Origin: Eledone cirrhosa
Taxonomy: Eukaryota
Assembly (NCBI GenBank): GCA_964016885.1
Contig: OZ024751.1
Span: 33,852,001 to 33,916,000, forward strand
DNA: 64,000 nucleotides
Reading direction: 5' to 3'
The notes below the pieces were generated by a model. That model was not told the DNA's origin, ran no database searches, and was given only the letters and a program-made list of their open reading frames with translations. Both the position numbers and the translations under genes were made by a program. Shown here piece after piece: positions 41,451 to 55,026 of this stretch (within the stretch, counting starts at the first letter, position 1; the number at the start of each line of letters is the position of its first letter).

Positions 41451-43663
41451 TCAGAAATCACCAGGCCCAGATGGTGTGCAGGGGTATTGGATTAAACATT
41501 TAACATCCCTCCACCCGAAGCTGACGGCCATGTTCAATGACTGCTTGGTGTCGGGTGAGGTGCCAGAGTGGTTGACAAAAGGTACCACAGTTCTGATAAT
41601 GAAAGACCAAATCAAGGGTAATGATGTTACCAACTATAGACCTATCACATGTCTGCCCGTAATGTGGAAACTGTTGACGAGCATTGTGTCTGAGGAAATC
41701 TACCATCACCTCCACACAAACAACTTGTTGCCGGACGAACAGAAAGGATGCCGAAAGAAGTCACGTGGTACAAAGGACCAGTTGCTTATTGATAAGATGG
41801 TAATGGGGAATTGCAGGAGGAGACACACTGATCTTGCCATGGGATGGATAGACTACAGAAAGGCATTTGACATGGTGCCTCATTCCTGGATCACCAAAAG
41901 CCTGGAGATCTTCAGGGTGGCAGATAACATCAGACAGTTGCTGGGCAGGAGTATGGGGTCCTGGGAGACAGAGTTGACATCAACTGGAGTATCCTTGGGA
42001 AGCGTGAAGATCAAGAGAGGTATCTTCCAGGGAGATAGCCTGTCCCCTCTGTTGTTTGTCCTTGCCCTGATGCCCTTGACCATTATGCTGCGAAAAGTGA
42101 GAGCAGGATACAAGTTGGGAAGGGGAGAGCTTACCATCAATCACCTCCTCTTCATGGACGATCTTAAGCTCTTCGGGAAAAGTGAGAAGGAGTTGGATGT
42201 GCTTGTTGACACTGTCCGTATTTTCAGCAGTGATATATGTATGCAGTTTGGTATTGGTAAATGTGGAGTCATTGTGATGAGGAGGGGTAGGTTGAGCAGA
42301 AGTAACGGGATCCAGATACCAACAGGTGAGATGATAAAGGAAATTGACTCTGAGGAAGGATACAAGTATTTGGGCGTTCTGGAGGCTGATGGCATAAAGA
42401 ACAAAAAAATGAAGGAATTGTTAAGAACTGAATACATTCGGAGAGTAAGGAGCGTATTGAAGTCACATCTGAACAGCAGAAATGCCATAAGCGCAGTAAA
42501 TTCCCGAGCTGTGTCTATTATTAGGTACAGTGCGGGAATTCTGAGATGGAATGTTGCTGAACAAAAAGAAATGGATAGGAAGACTAGGAAGCTATTGACT
42601 ATCTACAACATGTTCCACAAGAGGAGTGATGTCGATAGACTCTACCTAAGGAGATCTGAGGGTGGAAGAGGTCTTATCAGCATAGAGGACTGTGTTCAGA
42701 TGGAGAAAAACAACCTATACAAATACGTGACCTATAGTAAGGAGCCAATGCTCAGAGCTGTACTGAAGGAGGGGACAGTAGGCCAGGGGATACCCAAAGA
42801 GGAAATAACATCAAGGAGGAAGAGCAGCCTTAAGGGAAAATCCCTTCATAGTACCTTCTTTGAGAAAACTGAATTGAGAGATCCACAGACATGGAACTGG
42901 TTGAGAAGAGGAGACCTCAAAAAGGCTACAGAAGGAATGCTAATGGCTGCGCAGGAGCAGGCCCTCAAAACGAAGTGGTTGAAGCACCATATCTACAAGG
43001 AGGAGGCTAGCCCACTGTGCAGGATCTGTGGAGAGAGAGAGGAGACTGTGGCTCACATTGTGTCCGAGTGTAAACACCTAGCCCAGACCCACTATAAGGG
43101 CTGGAGACACGATGTGATGGGCAGGGTGATCCACTGGCACCTGTGCAAAGTAAACAACCTACCACATTCTGAGAAATGGTATGAGCATAGGCCAGAGGCG
43201 GTGATGGAGAACAATCAGGTGAAGGTGCTGTGGGATTTTAGGATACAGACGGACAAAAAACTGGAACACAATAGACCTGACCTGGTGGTTGTGGACAAAG
43301 AAAAAAGATCGTGCCTGATTGTGGATGTGGCCTGCCCGTTCGACACGAGAGTGCAAGAGAAGGAGAGGGAGAAAATTAACCGATACCAGGACCTAAAGTG
43401 GGAGGTGAAAAGGATTTGGAACTGCCATGAAGTCAAAGTGATCCCGATTGTCATAGGCGCACTGGGGACTATCTCCAAAGGTTTCCAGGGATGGTTAAAG
43501 AAAATCGGCCCCTTCACGCTTTTTGGAACGCTTCAAAAGGCATGCTTGCTTGGAACGGCAAGAACCCTCCGATACGTCCTGAATATCTGAGGCTGCAGGT
43601 AGTGGCTTGATATTCAATCCAACGGACTTTCCAGTTAACCAACATCAATGACTGAGATTCAAG
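41451..43663 (+). mobile_element. R4/Dong-clade RLE non-LTR retrotransposon, family A, 5'-truncated, inserted in (TAA)n
   Basis: Starts directly after (TAA)n 41354-41450 with in-frame KSPGPDG. Uninterrupted ORF to TGA at 43590, ~70-bp 3' UTR, then (TAA/CAA)n tail 43665-43712. Confidence 0.95.
41455..43590 (+). CDS. RT + CCHC zinc knuckle + PD-(D/E)XK restriction-like endonuclease (N-terminally truncated ORF of family A)
   Basis: Motifs KSPGPDG, YRPITCL, QKGC, IDYRKAFDMVPH, RGIFQGDSLSPLLF, HLLFMDDLKL, YKYLG, EGGRGL, CRICGEREETVAHIVSEC, RHD, RPDLVVVD..IVDVACP..KINRYQDL. The GTG at 41476 is not a true start. Confidence 0.93.
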   Translation, partial: KSPGPDGVQGYWIKHLTSLHPKLTAMFNDCLVSGEVPEWLTKGTTVLIMKDQIKGNDVTNYRPITCLPVMWKLLTSIVSEEIYHHLHTNNLLPDEQKGCRKKSRGTKDQLLIDKMVMGNCRRRHTDLAMGWIDYRKAFDMVPHSWITKSLEIFRVADNIRQLLGRSMGSWETELTSTGVSLGSVKIKRGIFQGDSLSPLLFVLALMPLTIMLRKVRAGYKLGRGELTINHLLFMDDLKLFGKSEKELDVLVDTVRIFSSDICMQFGIGKCGVIVMRRGRLSRSNGIQIPTGEMIKEIDSEEGYKYLGVLEADGIKNKKMKELLRTEYIRRVRSVLKSHLNSRNAISAVNSRAVSIIRYSAGILRWNVAEQKEMDRKTRKLLTIYNMFHKRSDVDRLYLRRSEGGRGLISIEDCVQMEKNNLYKYVTYSKEPMLRAVLKEGTVGQGIPKEEITSRRKSSLKGKSLHSTFFEKTELRDPQTWNWLRRGDLKKATEGMLMAAQEQALKTKWLKHHIYKEEASPLCRICGEREETVAHIVSECKHLAQTHYKGWRHDVMGRVIHWHLCKVNNLPHSEKWYEHRPEAVMENNQVKVLWDFRIQTDKKLEHNRPDLVVVDKEKRSCLIVDVACPFDTRVQEKEREKINRYQDLKWEVKRIWNCHEVKVIPIVIGALGTISKGFQGWLKKIGPFTLFGTLQKACLLGTARTLRYVLNI

Positions 43664-43712
43664 GAATAACAATAACAATAATAATAATAATAATAACAAT
43701 AACAATAATAAT

Positions 43713-45065
43713 CAAGAACAAACTTACAAATATCTAGGTGTTTGTGAAGGAGACGGAATCAAGCACTCGACAATGAGGGAAAGGATAAGGAAGGAATGTT
43801 ACCGCAGAGTCAGAGCAATCTTAAGAACGGAATTGAATGCAAGGAATAGGATCGATGCCATAAACACGCTTGCCATACCAGTAGTAACCTACAGTTACAA
43901 TGTCATCAACTGGTCAAGCACAGAGATCCGTAGGCTCGATACAAAAATCCGAAAATTCTTAACCATGCACAGAATGCATCACCCTAAGGCAGACATAGAT
44001 AGAATATATCTCCCTAGGAAAGAAGGAGGACGTGGGTTAATCCAGTTAGACATTGCGTTGAAAACTGCAACAATTGGATTATCCACATATCTAAGGGAAT
44101 CACATGATTGGATGATCAAACTCGTTTTGAAACACGAAAGCACCAAAAGATCATATTCCATTACAAAAGATGCACAAAGATACAGTAATGGACTACAAAT
44201 TTCAGAAGTCCCATTTACTGCTGAAATGGAAAACACAGAAAAAGCAAAGCAGGTAAAAGTAACTGCAAAGAAAGAACTGCTACAGAAACTGGCTAAGAAA
44301 TGGCAAGAAAAGCATCTGTATGGAAAATACCCAGAGCGAGCTAACAATCCTGATGTTGACAAAACTTTAACCCATCAGTGGTTGGCATCCTCTGGACTGA
44401 AATCGGAGACTGAAGGACTGATTATATCCGCACAAGATCAGTGTCTGCCAACAAAAAATTACCAAGCCAACATAATAAAAAATGGGTGCAGCCCATTATG
44501 CCGTGTATGCAAAAAACAACCAGAGACCATTGACCATATAATTTCAATGTGCAGTCCTATAGCTCCAACCGAATACCTAAACAGGCATGACAGAGCTGCA
44601 CAATACATACATTGGATAATGTGTAAGCATTTTGACCTGCCCCATCAAAAGAATTGGTGGGAGCATCAACCACCTCCCATACTTGAAAAAGATCACATCT
44701 CAATCTTGTGGAACTTTAGCATCCAAACAGACCGAAAAATAGATGCAAATAGACCTGATATAATATTGAAGGACTTTCAAAGGAGGGTATGCCTGCTAAT
44801 TGATATGTCTGTTCCAATAGACAAGAATGTATCTATAAAAACATTTGAAAAATTGAGCAAGTATAAGGACCTGGAGATAGAAATTGGAAAAATGTGGAAA
44901 TTGAGAACTAAAACAATACCAGTGGTTGTAGGCGCTCTGGGAATGATACCTAAGGGGTCTAACGACTACTTATCGCAAATCCCAGGAAACCCGCGTATAG
45001 GAGAAATACAAAAGATAGTATTAATGGGAACTGCCCATATACTAAGGAAGATCCTGTCAATATAA
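43713..45065 (+). CDS. C-terminal RT/thumb + CCHC + RLE of family B (truncated ORF)
   Basis: YKYLG, HPKADIDRIYLPRKEGGRGL, CRVCKKQPETIDHIISMC, RHD, RPDIILKD..LIDMSVP..KLSKYKDL, VVVGALG; no stops. Confidence 0.9.
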   Translation, partial: QEQTYKYLGVCEGDGIKHSTMRERIRKECYRRVRAILRTELNARNRIDAINTLAIPVVTYSYNVINWSSTEIRRLDTKIRKFLTMHRMHHPKADIDRIYLPRKEGGRGLIQLDIALKTATIGLSTYLRESHDWMIKLVLKHESTKRSYSITKDAQRYSNGLQISEVPFTAEMENTEKAKQVKVTAKKELLQKLAKKWQEKHLYGKYPERANNPDVDKTLTHQWLASSGLKSETEGLIISAQDQCLPTKNYQANIIKNGCSPLCRVCKKQPETIDHIISMCSPIAPTEYLNRHDRAAQYIHWIMCKHFDLPHQKNWWEHQPPPILEKDHISILWNFSIQTDRKIDANRPDIILKDFQRRVCLLIDMSVPIDKNVSIKTFEKLSKYKDLEIEIGKMWKLRTKTIPVVVGALGMIPKGSNDYLSQIPGNPRIGEIQKIVLMGTAHILRKILSI

Positions 45066-45205
45066 GTACATCACAAGTCTAAACACTAAGGATGCATGTG
45101 TGAATATGTGTGTTCTTTCTTGAACATGGCGGACCTTGTTGTCTCTTGAGGTCACTGGTTGTGACTTGGTGATAACTCGTATAAACATAAAGCAAGATAA
45201 ATGCA
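43713..45205 (+). mobile_element. R4/Dong-clade RLE non-LTR retrotransposon, family B, more deeply 5'-truncated, in tandem behind family A
   Basis: Begins in the TAA tail of A with in-frame QEQTYKYLG (late RT). ORF runs to 45065, followed by a 140-bp 3' UTR and (TAA)n tail 45206-45267. Clearly divergent from A. Confidence 0.93.
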
Positions 45206-45236
<31 letters not shown>

Positions 45237-45261
45237 GTAATAATAATAATAATAATGATAA

Positions 45262-45329
<68 letters not shown>

Positions 45330-46162
45330 GTGTGTGTGTAGTAAGAATTATATACTATGAAAAAACGCAGGTGCGAGAAGTGAGCCAATTTTTTATGAAT
45401 GATGTAGTGAAGCCAACAAAAGTTAAATCAAGATGGTCAAAGACTAATAAACACCTTCAGGTTATACTTCACTCATGTGAATTTTCAGAAAAAATATAAA
45501 TACACACGCACACACACACATATATATATATATATACTCTCTCACATACAACTAACTATACACGAACACACACATACACACACATGACTGTGTCTAAGTG
45601 TGTGTATATATGTATGTGGGTGTGTCGGTATGGTTCTGTGTGCTTGCGAATTTAAAAGAAGTATTTTTGTTTAATACTTTTTCGTGAATTTTCGTGAAGT
45701 ACATAACAAGAGATATTGAAAGAAAGAGAGAATGGTGGTGGTGATAATGATGATTTGGAAGAGGAGTAGGTGTAGATGTTGGGGGAGGAGGAGGTGTAGT
45801 GGAGGAGGAGGTGCAGTGGCAGAGGTGTAGTGGAGGAACAGTATAAATTGCAACTAAAGCAAAGTAGTAAAATAAATGATTATAAAAATAAGAGAGAAAC
45901 TCAGCAAATAATCCTCGATAAAAGAATATTAAAATGTAAATGAGAAACAGATATATATATGGATGAAAGTAAATGATGTGTGTAAGAGAATATATTTATG
46001 AAACCTATATCCACACATTATTACACACACACACGCACACACACACACATACACACACACGCAGGCATATATATATATGTATTATAAAATTACATATACA
46101 TGTATATATATGTATATATATAGATAGATAGATAGATAGATTATATATATAGAGATAGATAG

Positions 46163-46208
<46 letters not shown>

Positions 46209-46366
46209 CATGGAAATGTTGTGACTATATATTTATAGACATATATATATATATACACACATGGAAATCTTGTGACTATATATTTATACACATATATACA
46301 CACAGATAGAGACGTTTCTTGCTGTTTCATACGTTTATATACTATTATTCTGATGTATTTCACTAC

Positions 46367-46412
<46 letters not shown>

Positions 46413-46794
46413 CTTTCATACATTTATTTTCCAAAATCTCTATTTAATATATAAATGCAGAACACTGATGGAAGTAGCTGATTCCGCCATTCACTCCGCC
46501 ATTTTTCTCATATGATTTGGTTGCAGTTTTTTTTTTTTTTTAATATTGAGATTGTAGTTGAATTTCCTCAATGTATAGTGGACGAGAAAAAACTGACAGA
46601 ATATATAGTTAAAAATACATAAAATAATTTCTAAAATGAAGGTATATGAGACGATTTGAAATCAGTTTGCGCTGTTTTATATGTTTCTATTAGCGAAGTT
46701 GTTTGGAAGTAATATAAAAAAATATCTGATGAATATACATATTGTGGACAGAGATAATTGAATAGAACGTTTTTGTTGGTGTTGGGATAAACAT

Positions 46795-46849
<55 letters not shown>

Positions 46850-47206
46850 GTGTGTGGGGGGGGTACGTGTGTGTAGTAATAGCTGGGAAAAGAGGAAATG
46901 CGATAGAAAATGAGACACAAACAAATAAGCAAAAAGAGTTACTTTGTTTATAACATGGTAGAGAAAAAACAGGAAACTGCATGGTGAATATATTTGTGTG
47001 CGTGTGAAACAAATTGTTTTGCCCAAGTAAAGGAATATAGAGGACAAAAGCCAACGAACCAGAATCTCTCACCCTCATCAGGTGCCACCTAGAATAGGTT
47101 TTGGGATATCATACAATTACGACGGGGAATATGTGATTAATTTGTCAAATGTACAACATATAAACATGCCATATATTCGTATTTACACGGAAATTGAAAA
47201 AAATAA

Positions 47207-47252
47207 CTACTTTTAACCGGTTTTCATGCCTCATTGGGCTTTCATCAGAAGG
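47207..47252 (-). ncRNA. Degenerate hammerhead motif
   Basis: CCTT CTGATGA AAGCC(CAATGA)GGCAT GAAA ACCGGT TA AAAG; palindromic stem III, one mismatch each in stems I and II. Confidence 0.6.
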
Positions 47253-47699
47253 AATATATATCTCATATTAAGAAATTGTTTAGTGGAGTTATATGAATAT
47301 ATATCATATAATAAAATCTGTAACAAAGAACGAGAACCAGGGAATATAACACCCTAATAAGTAAAATATGGTCTTCGGAACGTGTACAATAAATCATTGG
47401 CTTACAATGTGTTTGTTGCGCTTGTTCTGACACCATCATTTGGACTACTTCACTGGACTCTAGATGTGATCCATTAATTTCAAAACCTTAACATTTCTAA
47501 ATGGCACCCGAAATTTCTACAATAACAGTGACATAGACCGCAGGGAGGCAGAGGCTTAACATTAATTCAAACAATATAAGCTGGTGTTCAAAGTTGTCAT
47601 CACGATTCTATTTACATATGAGGTATGGTGTTGTGACCAAAATACAATACAATGCAACTCGTAGAAAAGATACTCCTGACAATAAACATATAAAATGTT

Positions 47700-48090
47700 A
47701 CAGTAGAAAGAAAAGTGGGGGATTGTTCCAGTCAAACTTCCAATGAAATGCAAACATAAAACACCAAGTAAAGTGATTTGGGACAGAGAAAGGGATGCTC
47801 AGTAGTGGAAATCAGCTGCCAACATATGGCAATATAATGGTGAAAAATAGTGAAAAGGAGAACATTTCTACCGAACTAATGAGCATTCTGCAGGCACTTC
47901 ACCCTGACTCTACCTTTAGATGTGTACCTTTCGTCATTGGGGCTCTGGAATATGTTACTAACTGCCTGAGTACAAATCTTGAGTAACAAGGCTTCACAGA
48001 ACCAGAAAAAGGGAGGTTAGTCAGAAACCTCCACATCCAGTCTATTAATGGCATTGTAAATATATATAAAATAACCTAGAAATCCTGCAT
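47700..48090 (+). pseudogene. Degenerate RLE endonuclease domain of an R4/Dong-like element
   Basis: MKCKHKTPSKVIWDRE..VVEISC..EKENISTELM..VPFVIGALEYV resembles the RPD..D..K / PIVIGALG region of RLE. Confidence 0.6.
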
Positions 48091-49219
48091 GTAATAACTG
48101 CATAGAGACATGTATACATATGCATGTGTATATATGTAAGTCCAAACATTAATATATACACACACAATAACACCTACACACACAAATACATAGACATACA
48201 TTCGTTTTTACAAGTTGATGTCTAAATGCATGTTCCTATGTTACCGGCTCTGTCTTTGGTGGTGAAAATTTATAAAATAAACCAGACGACCATACGTACG
48301 TACATATACACACACTGACATGCATACATACTGACATGCGTACATAAATATTCACACACACAAACACACACACACACGCACACACACACTCACTCACACA
48401 CACACACACACACAACCGGCAGTTTATTTATAGCTATTTGAAAACAATGGGTTTTGTGTTTCTTCCAATTTTTCAGCCCAAAATAGCAAAAGTTTTGACA
48501 TTTACTGAGACTGGAAAATAACTTTTAGACAAAGTATATTGGTGGCGGTGGTGTTGGTGTTGGTGCTGGTGTTGTTAGTGGTGGTGTTGGTGCTGGTGTT
48601 GTTAGTGGTGTTGATGGTGTTGGTGCTGGTGTTATTAGTGGTGTTGATGGTGTTGGTGCTGGTGTTGTTAGTGGTGGTGCTGTTGTTTGTGGTGTTGTTT
48701 GGGGTGTTGTTTGTGGTGTTGGTGGTGTTGTTTGTGGAGGCGCTGGTGTTGTTTATGGTGTTGTTTGTGGTGGCGGTGGAGCTGATGTTGTTAGTGGTGT
48801 TATTTATGGTGTTGTGTGTGGCGGTAGTTTTGGTGATGGTTGTGATGGTATTGATGGTGGTCGTGTTTGTATTGGTTTGGGCGGTGTTGTTTGTGATGAT
48901 GTTGATAGTTGTGTTGGTTGTGTTAGTGTTGGGGGAGTCGTTGGTGGTGTTGGTGGTAAAGGTGGGGCTGCTATTGATGTTGGTGATGATAATGACGATA
49001 GTGATAAGAATGAAAGGAGGAGGGGAGTATTCCTTCGAAAGTAAATATGAGCCATTGTGAGTACAATGATGGCCATCACTAGGAATAGTCAGTAAAATCC
49101 ATCTTCTTGGAGATTGGAATTTGATTTGTTTCTTATTTCAATTTAGAACTATTTCAGTAAAAATACAGGATCGTCATAGCTGGACCAGTAATTGACGGTT
49201 CACCTTTTATTACATATGT

Positions 49220-51682
49220 CGTCAATCATGGCTGGGTTACCTCTGGTCAATCATTGGCTGGGTTACCTCTAGTCAGTGATGGCTAGGTTACCTCTGGTCA
49301 GTGATGGCTGGGTTACCTCTGGTCAGTGCTGGTTGGGTTACTTCTGGTCAGTGATGGCTAGGTTACCTCTGGTCAGTGATGGCTAGGTAACTCTGGTCAG
49401 TGATGGCTAGCTTACCTCTCGTCAGTGATGGCTAGGTTACCTCTGATCAGTGATGGCTGGATTACCTCTGGTTAGTTATGGCTGGATTACATCTGGTCAG
49501 TGATGGCTAGGTAACCTCTGGTCAGTTATGGCTGGGTAACCTCTGGGCAGTGATGGCTGGGTTACCTCTGGTCAGTGATGGCTGGATTACCTCTGGTCAG
49601 TGATGGCTAGGTTACCTCGGGTCAGTGATGGCTATGTTACCTCTGGTCAGTTATGGCTGGATTACCTCTGGTCAGTGATGGCTAGGTTACCTCTGGTCAG
49701 TGATGGCTAGGTAACCTCTGGTCAGTTATGGCTGGATTACCTCTAGTCAGTGATGGCTAGGTTACCTCTATTCAGTGATGGCTAGGTTACCTCTGGTCAG
49801 TGATGGCTAGGTTACCTCTGGTCAGTTATAGCTGGGTTACCTCTAGTCAGTGATGGCTAGGTTACTTCTGGTCAGTGATGGCTAGGTAACTTCTGGTCAG
49901 TTATGGCTGGGTTACCTCTAGTCAGTGATGGCTGGGTTACCTCTGGTCAGTGATGGCTAGGTAACTTCTGGTCAGTTATAGCTGGATTACCTCTAATCAG
50001 TGATGGCTAGGTTTCTCTGATCAGTGATGGCTAGGTAACCTCTGGTCAGTGATGGCTAGGTAACATCTGGTCAGTTATGGCTGGATTACCTCTGGTCAGT
50101 GATGGCTGGGTTACCTCTGGTCAGTGATGGCTAGGTTACCTCTGGACAGTGATGGCTGGGTTACTTCTGGTCAGTGATGGCTAGGTTACCTCTGGTCAGT
50201 GATGGCTAGGTAACCTCTGGTCAGTTATGGCTGGGTTACCTCTGGTCGGTGATGGCTAGGTTACCTCTGGTCAGTGATGGCTAGGTTACCTCTAATCAGT
50301 GATGGCTGGGTTACCTCTGGTCAGTGATGGCTAGGTAACTTCTGGTCAGTTATGGCTGGGTTACCTCTGGTCAGTGATGGCTAGGTTACCTCTGGTCAGT
50401 GATGGCTAGGTTACCTCTAATCAGTGATGGCTAGGTTACCTCTGGTCAGTGATGGCTAGGTTACCTCTAATCAGTGATGGTTAGGTTACCTCTGGTCAGT
50501 GATGGCTAGGTTACCTCTGGTCAGTGATGCCTGGGTTACCTCTGGTCAGTGATGGCTAGGTAACCTCTGGTCAGTTGTGGCTGGGTTACCTCTAATCAGT
50601 GATGGCTGGGTTACCTCTGGTCAGTGATGGCTAGGTAACTTCTGGTCAGTTATGGCTGGGTTACCTCTGGTCAGTGATGGCTGGGTTACCTCTGGCCAGT
50701 GGTGGCTAGGTTACCTCTGGTCAGTGATGGCTAGGTTACCTCTGTTCTGTGAATGCTAGGTAATCTCTGGTCAGTTATGGCTAGGTTACCTCTGGTCAGC
50801 GATGGCTAGGTTACCTCTGGTCAGTGATGGCTAGGTTACCTCTGGGCAGTGATGGCTGGGTTACCTCTGGTCAGTGATGGCTAGGTAACCTCTGGTCAGT
50901 GATGGCTAGGTAACTTTTGGTCAGTTATGGTTGGGTTACCTCTAATCAGTGATGGCTGGGTTACCTCTTGTCAGTGATGGCTAGTTTACCTCTGGTCATG
51001 GATGGCTAGGTTACCTCTAGTCAGTTAAGGCTGGGTTACCTCTGGTCAGTTATGGCTGGGTTACCTCTGGTCAGTGATGGCTAGGTAACTTCTGGTCAGT
51101 TATGGCTGGGTTAACTCTGGTCAGTGATGGCTGGGTTACCTCTGGTCAGTTATGGCTGGGTTACCTCTGGTCAGTGATAGCTAGGTTACTTCTGGCCAGT
51201 GATGGCTAGGTTACCTCTGGTCAGTGATGGCTAGGTTACCTCTGGTCAGTGATGGCTAGGTTATCTCTGGGCAGTGATGGCTAGGTTACCTCTGGTCAGT
51301 GATGGCTGGGTTACCTCTGGCCAGTGAGGGCTAGGTTACCTCTGGCCAGTGATGGCTAGGTTACCTCTGGTCAGTGATGGCTAGGTTACCTCTGGCCAGT
51401 GATGGCTAGGTTACCTCTGGCCAGTGATGGCTAGGTTACCTCTGGCCAGTGATGGCTAGGTTACCTCTGGGCAGTGATGGCTAGGTTACCTCTGGTCAGT
51501 GATGGCTAGGTTACCTCTGGTCAGTGATGGCTAGGTTATCTCTGGGCAGTGATGGCTAGGTTACCTCTGGTCAGTGATGGCTGGGTTACCTCTGGTCAGT
51601 GATGGCTAGGTTACCTCTGGCCAGTGATGGCTAGGTTACCTCTGGTCAGTGATGGCTAGGTTACCTCTGGCCAGTGATGGCC
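49220..51682. repeat. 25-bp minisatellite array, ~98 copies
   Basis: Consensus GGTCAGTGATGGCTAGGTTACCTCT; 25-bp period almost without indels. Confidence 0.97.
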
Positions 51683-51786
51683 TATTTGTGAAGGAGGAGG
51701 AAAACAACAACAACATGTCTATTCAATATTTCAATCACAAACCTGGTTTTATTTGTCTCTGATAGAAATCGAACCATCGACAGGCA

Positions 51787-51956
<170 letters not shown>

Positions 51957-52741
51957 TGTGTGTGCGTGTGTATATTTCTATATAATCCACGGCCAACGAC
52001 CAATTAAATGAACGTACACAATTTCCAGCCCAATATATATATTAACACTTTATAATGAAGCTAAGTAGAAGCTGACGCCAGAGTTTACCTGAGTCTAAAT
52101 ACAATCAACAACAAATATATCAACATCTTGTCCTAATAGAACAGCCACCTGTGAATTGATATACATATACACACACTTATACATATATAGTATATAAACT
52201 AACACACATATACTGGCACACACATGCCCCTACACAAACACACACATGGTCTCTCTTTCTCTCACACGCCCACACATACACATGTCCATATAAACACACA
52301 TACACATGTCCATTTACCAACACAAGAAGGTATGAGAAGACAGTAAGTACAAAATGAAAAACCTCCATGTCCAACGTAACACATCTTCCCCTTCTAAGCC
52401 ATAATTGTAGTCTGCAACAGTGGCAATGCTGGCGTTGCCAAAATAGAAATGGAAGAAAAAGCTGGCTAAAACCATCTGAATTACTTCCAAAGAATATTAT
52501 ATCCCGACTCCCTGTAGAGCGTCATTAGACAACGAAATCTTCTCATACACATACAAACATCTTACATGTATATATATACATATATATATATTATATTTGT
52601 GTGTTTGTGTGTATATATATATATATATATACATGTGTATATATGTGTGTGTTTGTGTGTGTGTATATATATATGTATATGTATAGATATAGTTATGTAT
52701 ATATACATATATATGTGTGTGTATGTATATATAGATATAGT

Positions 52742-52772
<31 letters not shown>

Positions 52773-53004
52773 ATGTATATGTATAGATATAGTTATGTGT
52801 ATATATATATATGTGTGTGTGTGTGTATATGTATATGCATAGATATAGATATAGTTATGTATATATGTATGTAATGTATAGATATGGATATGTATATACA
52901 ATGTTACATACACTAATGTACATAGGACACATGCATACATAGACACAGATACACACACATACAGACAAACATATGGACATACCCACACAGACATAGTCTC
53001 GTAG

Positions 53005-53136
<132 letters not shown>

Positions 53137-53676
53137 CCATATCTACATAGACATATATTCACTATATACCTAGAGAGAAACACACATATATATATACATA
53201 TAATCATATAGGGATAAACTCAGACTTACATATAGATATATACACTCATATATAGATAAAATCAGACATACATATAGATATATACACACGTGTATAGATT
53301 AACACATATACATATAGATACATAAACACATATAAAGATAAACACAATTATATAGCCACATTGGTCCTAAACACAACACACCACACCACCACAGACACAA
53401 ACATACACACACTCACACATACACACAGAGCTAATGTTACAATTTCTTTGTCTTTCACGCGTGAAATTCATAAAAAGAAACCATTTATAGAGAAAGATCA
53501 GAGCGAAAAAGTTTCAAAGACTAACTCATAAGCGAAATATTATTGCTTCTGGGATATTAAATCATGTTTGAGGTGAGGATAATCCGATAAATAATTACCT
53601 TTATTTAGTAATCGAGTAATGGCGGCACACCACACTCTCCAGATATTAGTTTCCATTATGAAGAGGAAAAAATTAC

Positions 53677-53740
<64 letters not shown>

Positions 53741-54107
53741 GTGTATATATATATATATATATATTGTGTGTATATATGTATATATGTATATATATATGTA
53801 CATATATATGTATATATATGTATGTATATATATGTATGTACATATAGGTATATAGATATAGATATATGTATATATATATGTATGTATATATGTATATAGG
53901 TACGTATATATGTATATAGATAGATATATATATACATATAGATATGTATATAGATATATATACATATATATATGTATGTATATAGATATGCATATATATA
54001 TATATATATATATATATGTATAAATATATATGTATATAGATATAGATATATACGTATATGTGTGTATATATATATATACGTATATGAGTGTATATATATA
54101 TATATGC

Positions 54108-54157
<50 letters not shown>

Positions 54158-54290
54158 GTATGTGTATATGTATGTCTATATATATATGTACGTATGAATG
54201 TCTATACGTATGTATGTAAGTATATATATATGTTTGTGTGTACAAGTATATATATATATATATATATACGGTATATATATATATATATAC

Positions 54291-54371
<81 letters not shown>

Positions 54372-54739
54372 GGTATATATATATATATATATATATATAT
54401 ACTAATAAATACTAATATTTGAGCCAGACACGAATTATTATATTCGGAGATGAAAATCTCGAGAATTATGAATGTTGGTTACAAGAAATCTATTTGTTCC
54501 TTTGGTCTTGTATAAAATTCCCATACATTAACAATATATAAGTGTATTGTATGACTACACACACACGCGCACGCACACGTACACACACACACACATATAT
54601 ACTGACATACACAGATATGGTTGTTGTTGTTATTGATGCTGGTATTATCTTTCTCATTATGTTAGTCTTCCTCGTCCTCGTCGGCGTTGTTATTACTCTT
54701 CTTATTTTCTAGTCCCTGTCAGTTCTGCACGAACAGATA

Positions 54740-54801
<62 letters not shown>

Positions 54802-54820
54802 CACTAACATATATCTAAAT

Positions 54821-54869
<49 letters not shown>

Positions 54870-54912
54870 TGTGTGTGTATATACATATGTCTGTGTGTAT
54901 GTGTATATACAA

Positions 54913-55026
<114 letters not shown>

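Noticed and set aside
41500-44362. Minus-strand ORFs over the retrotransposons
   Set aside because: Antisense shadows of the RT/RLE frames.
47330-47595. Possible Penelope GIY-YIG C-terminus beside the 47207 hammerhead
   Set aside because: Only a vague RRxxE..I pattern with stops, on the opposite strand; needs an HMM search.
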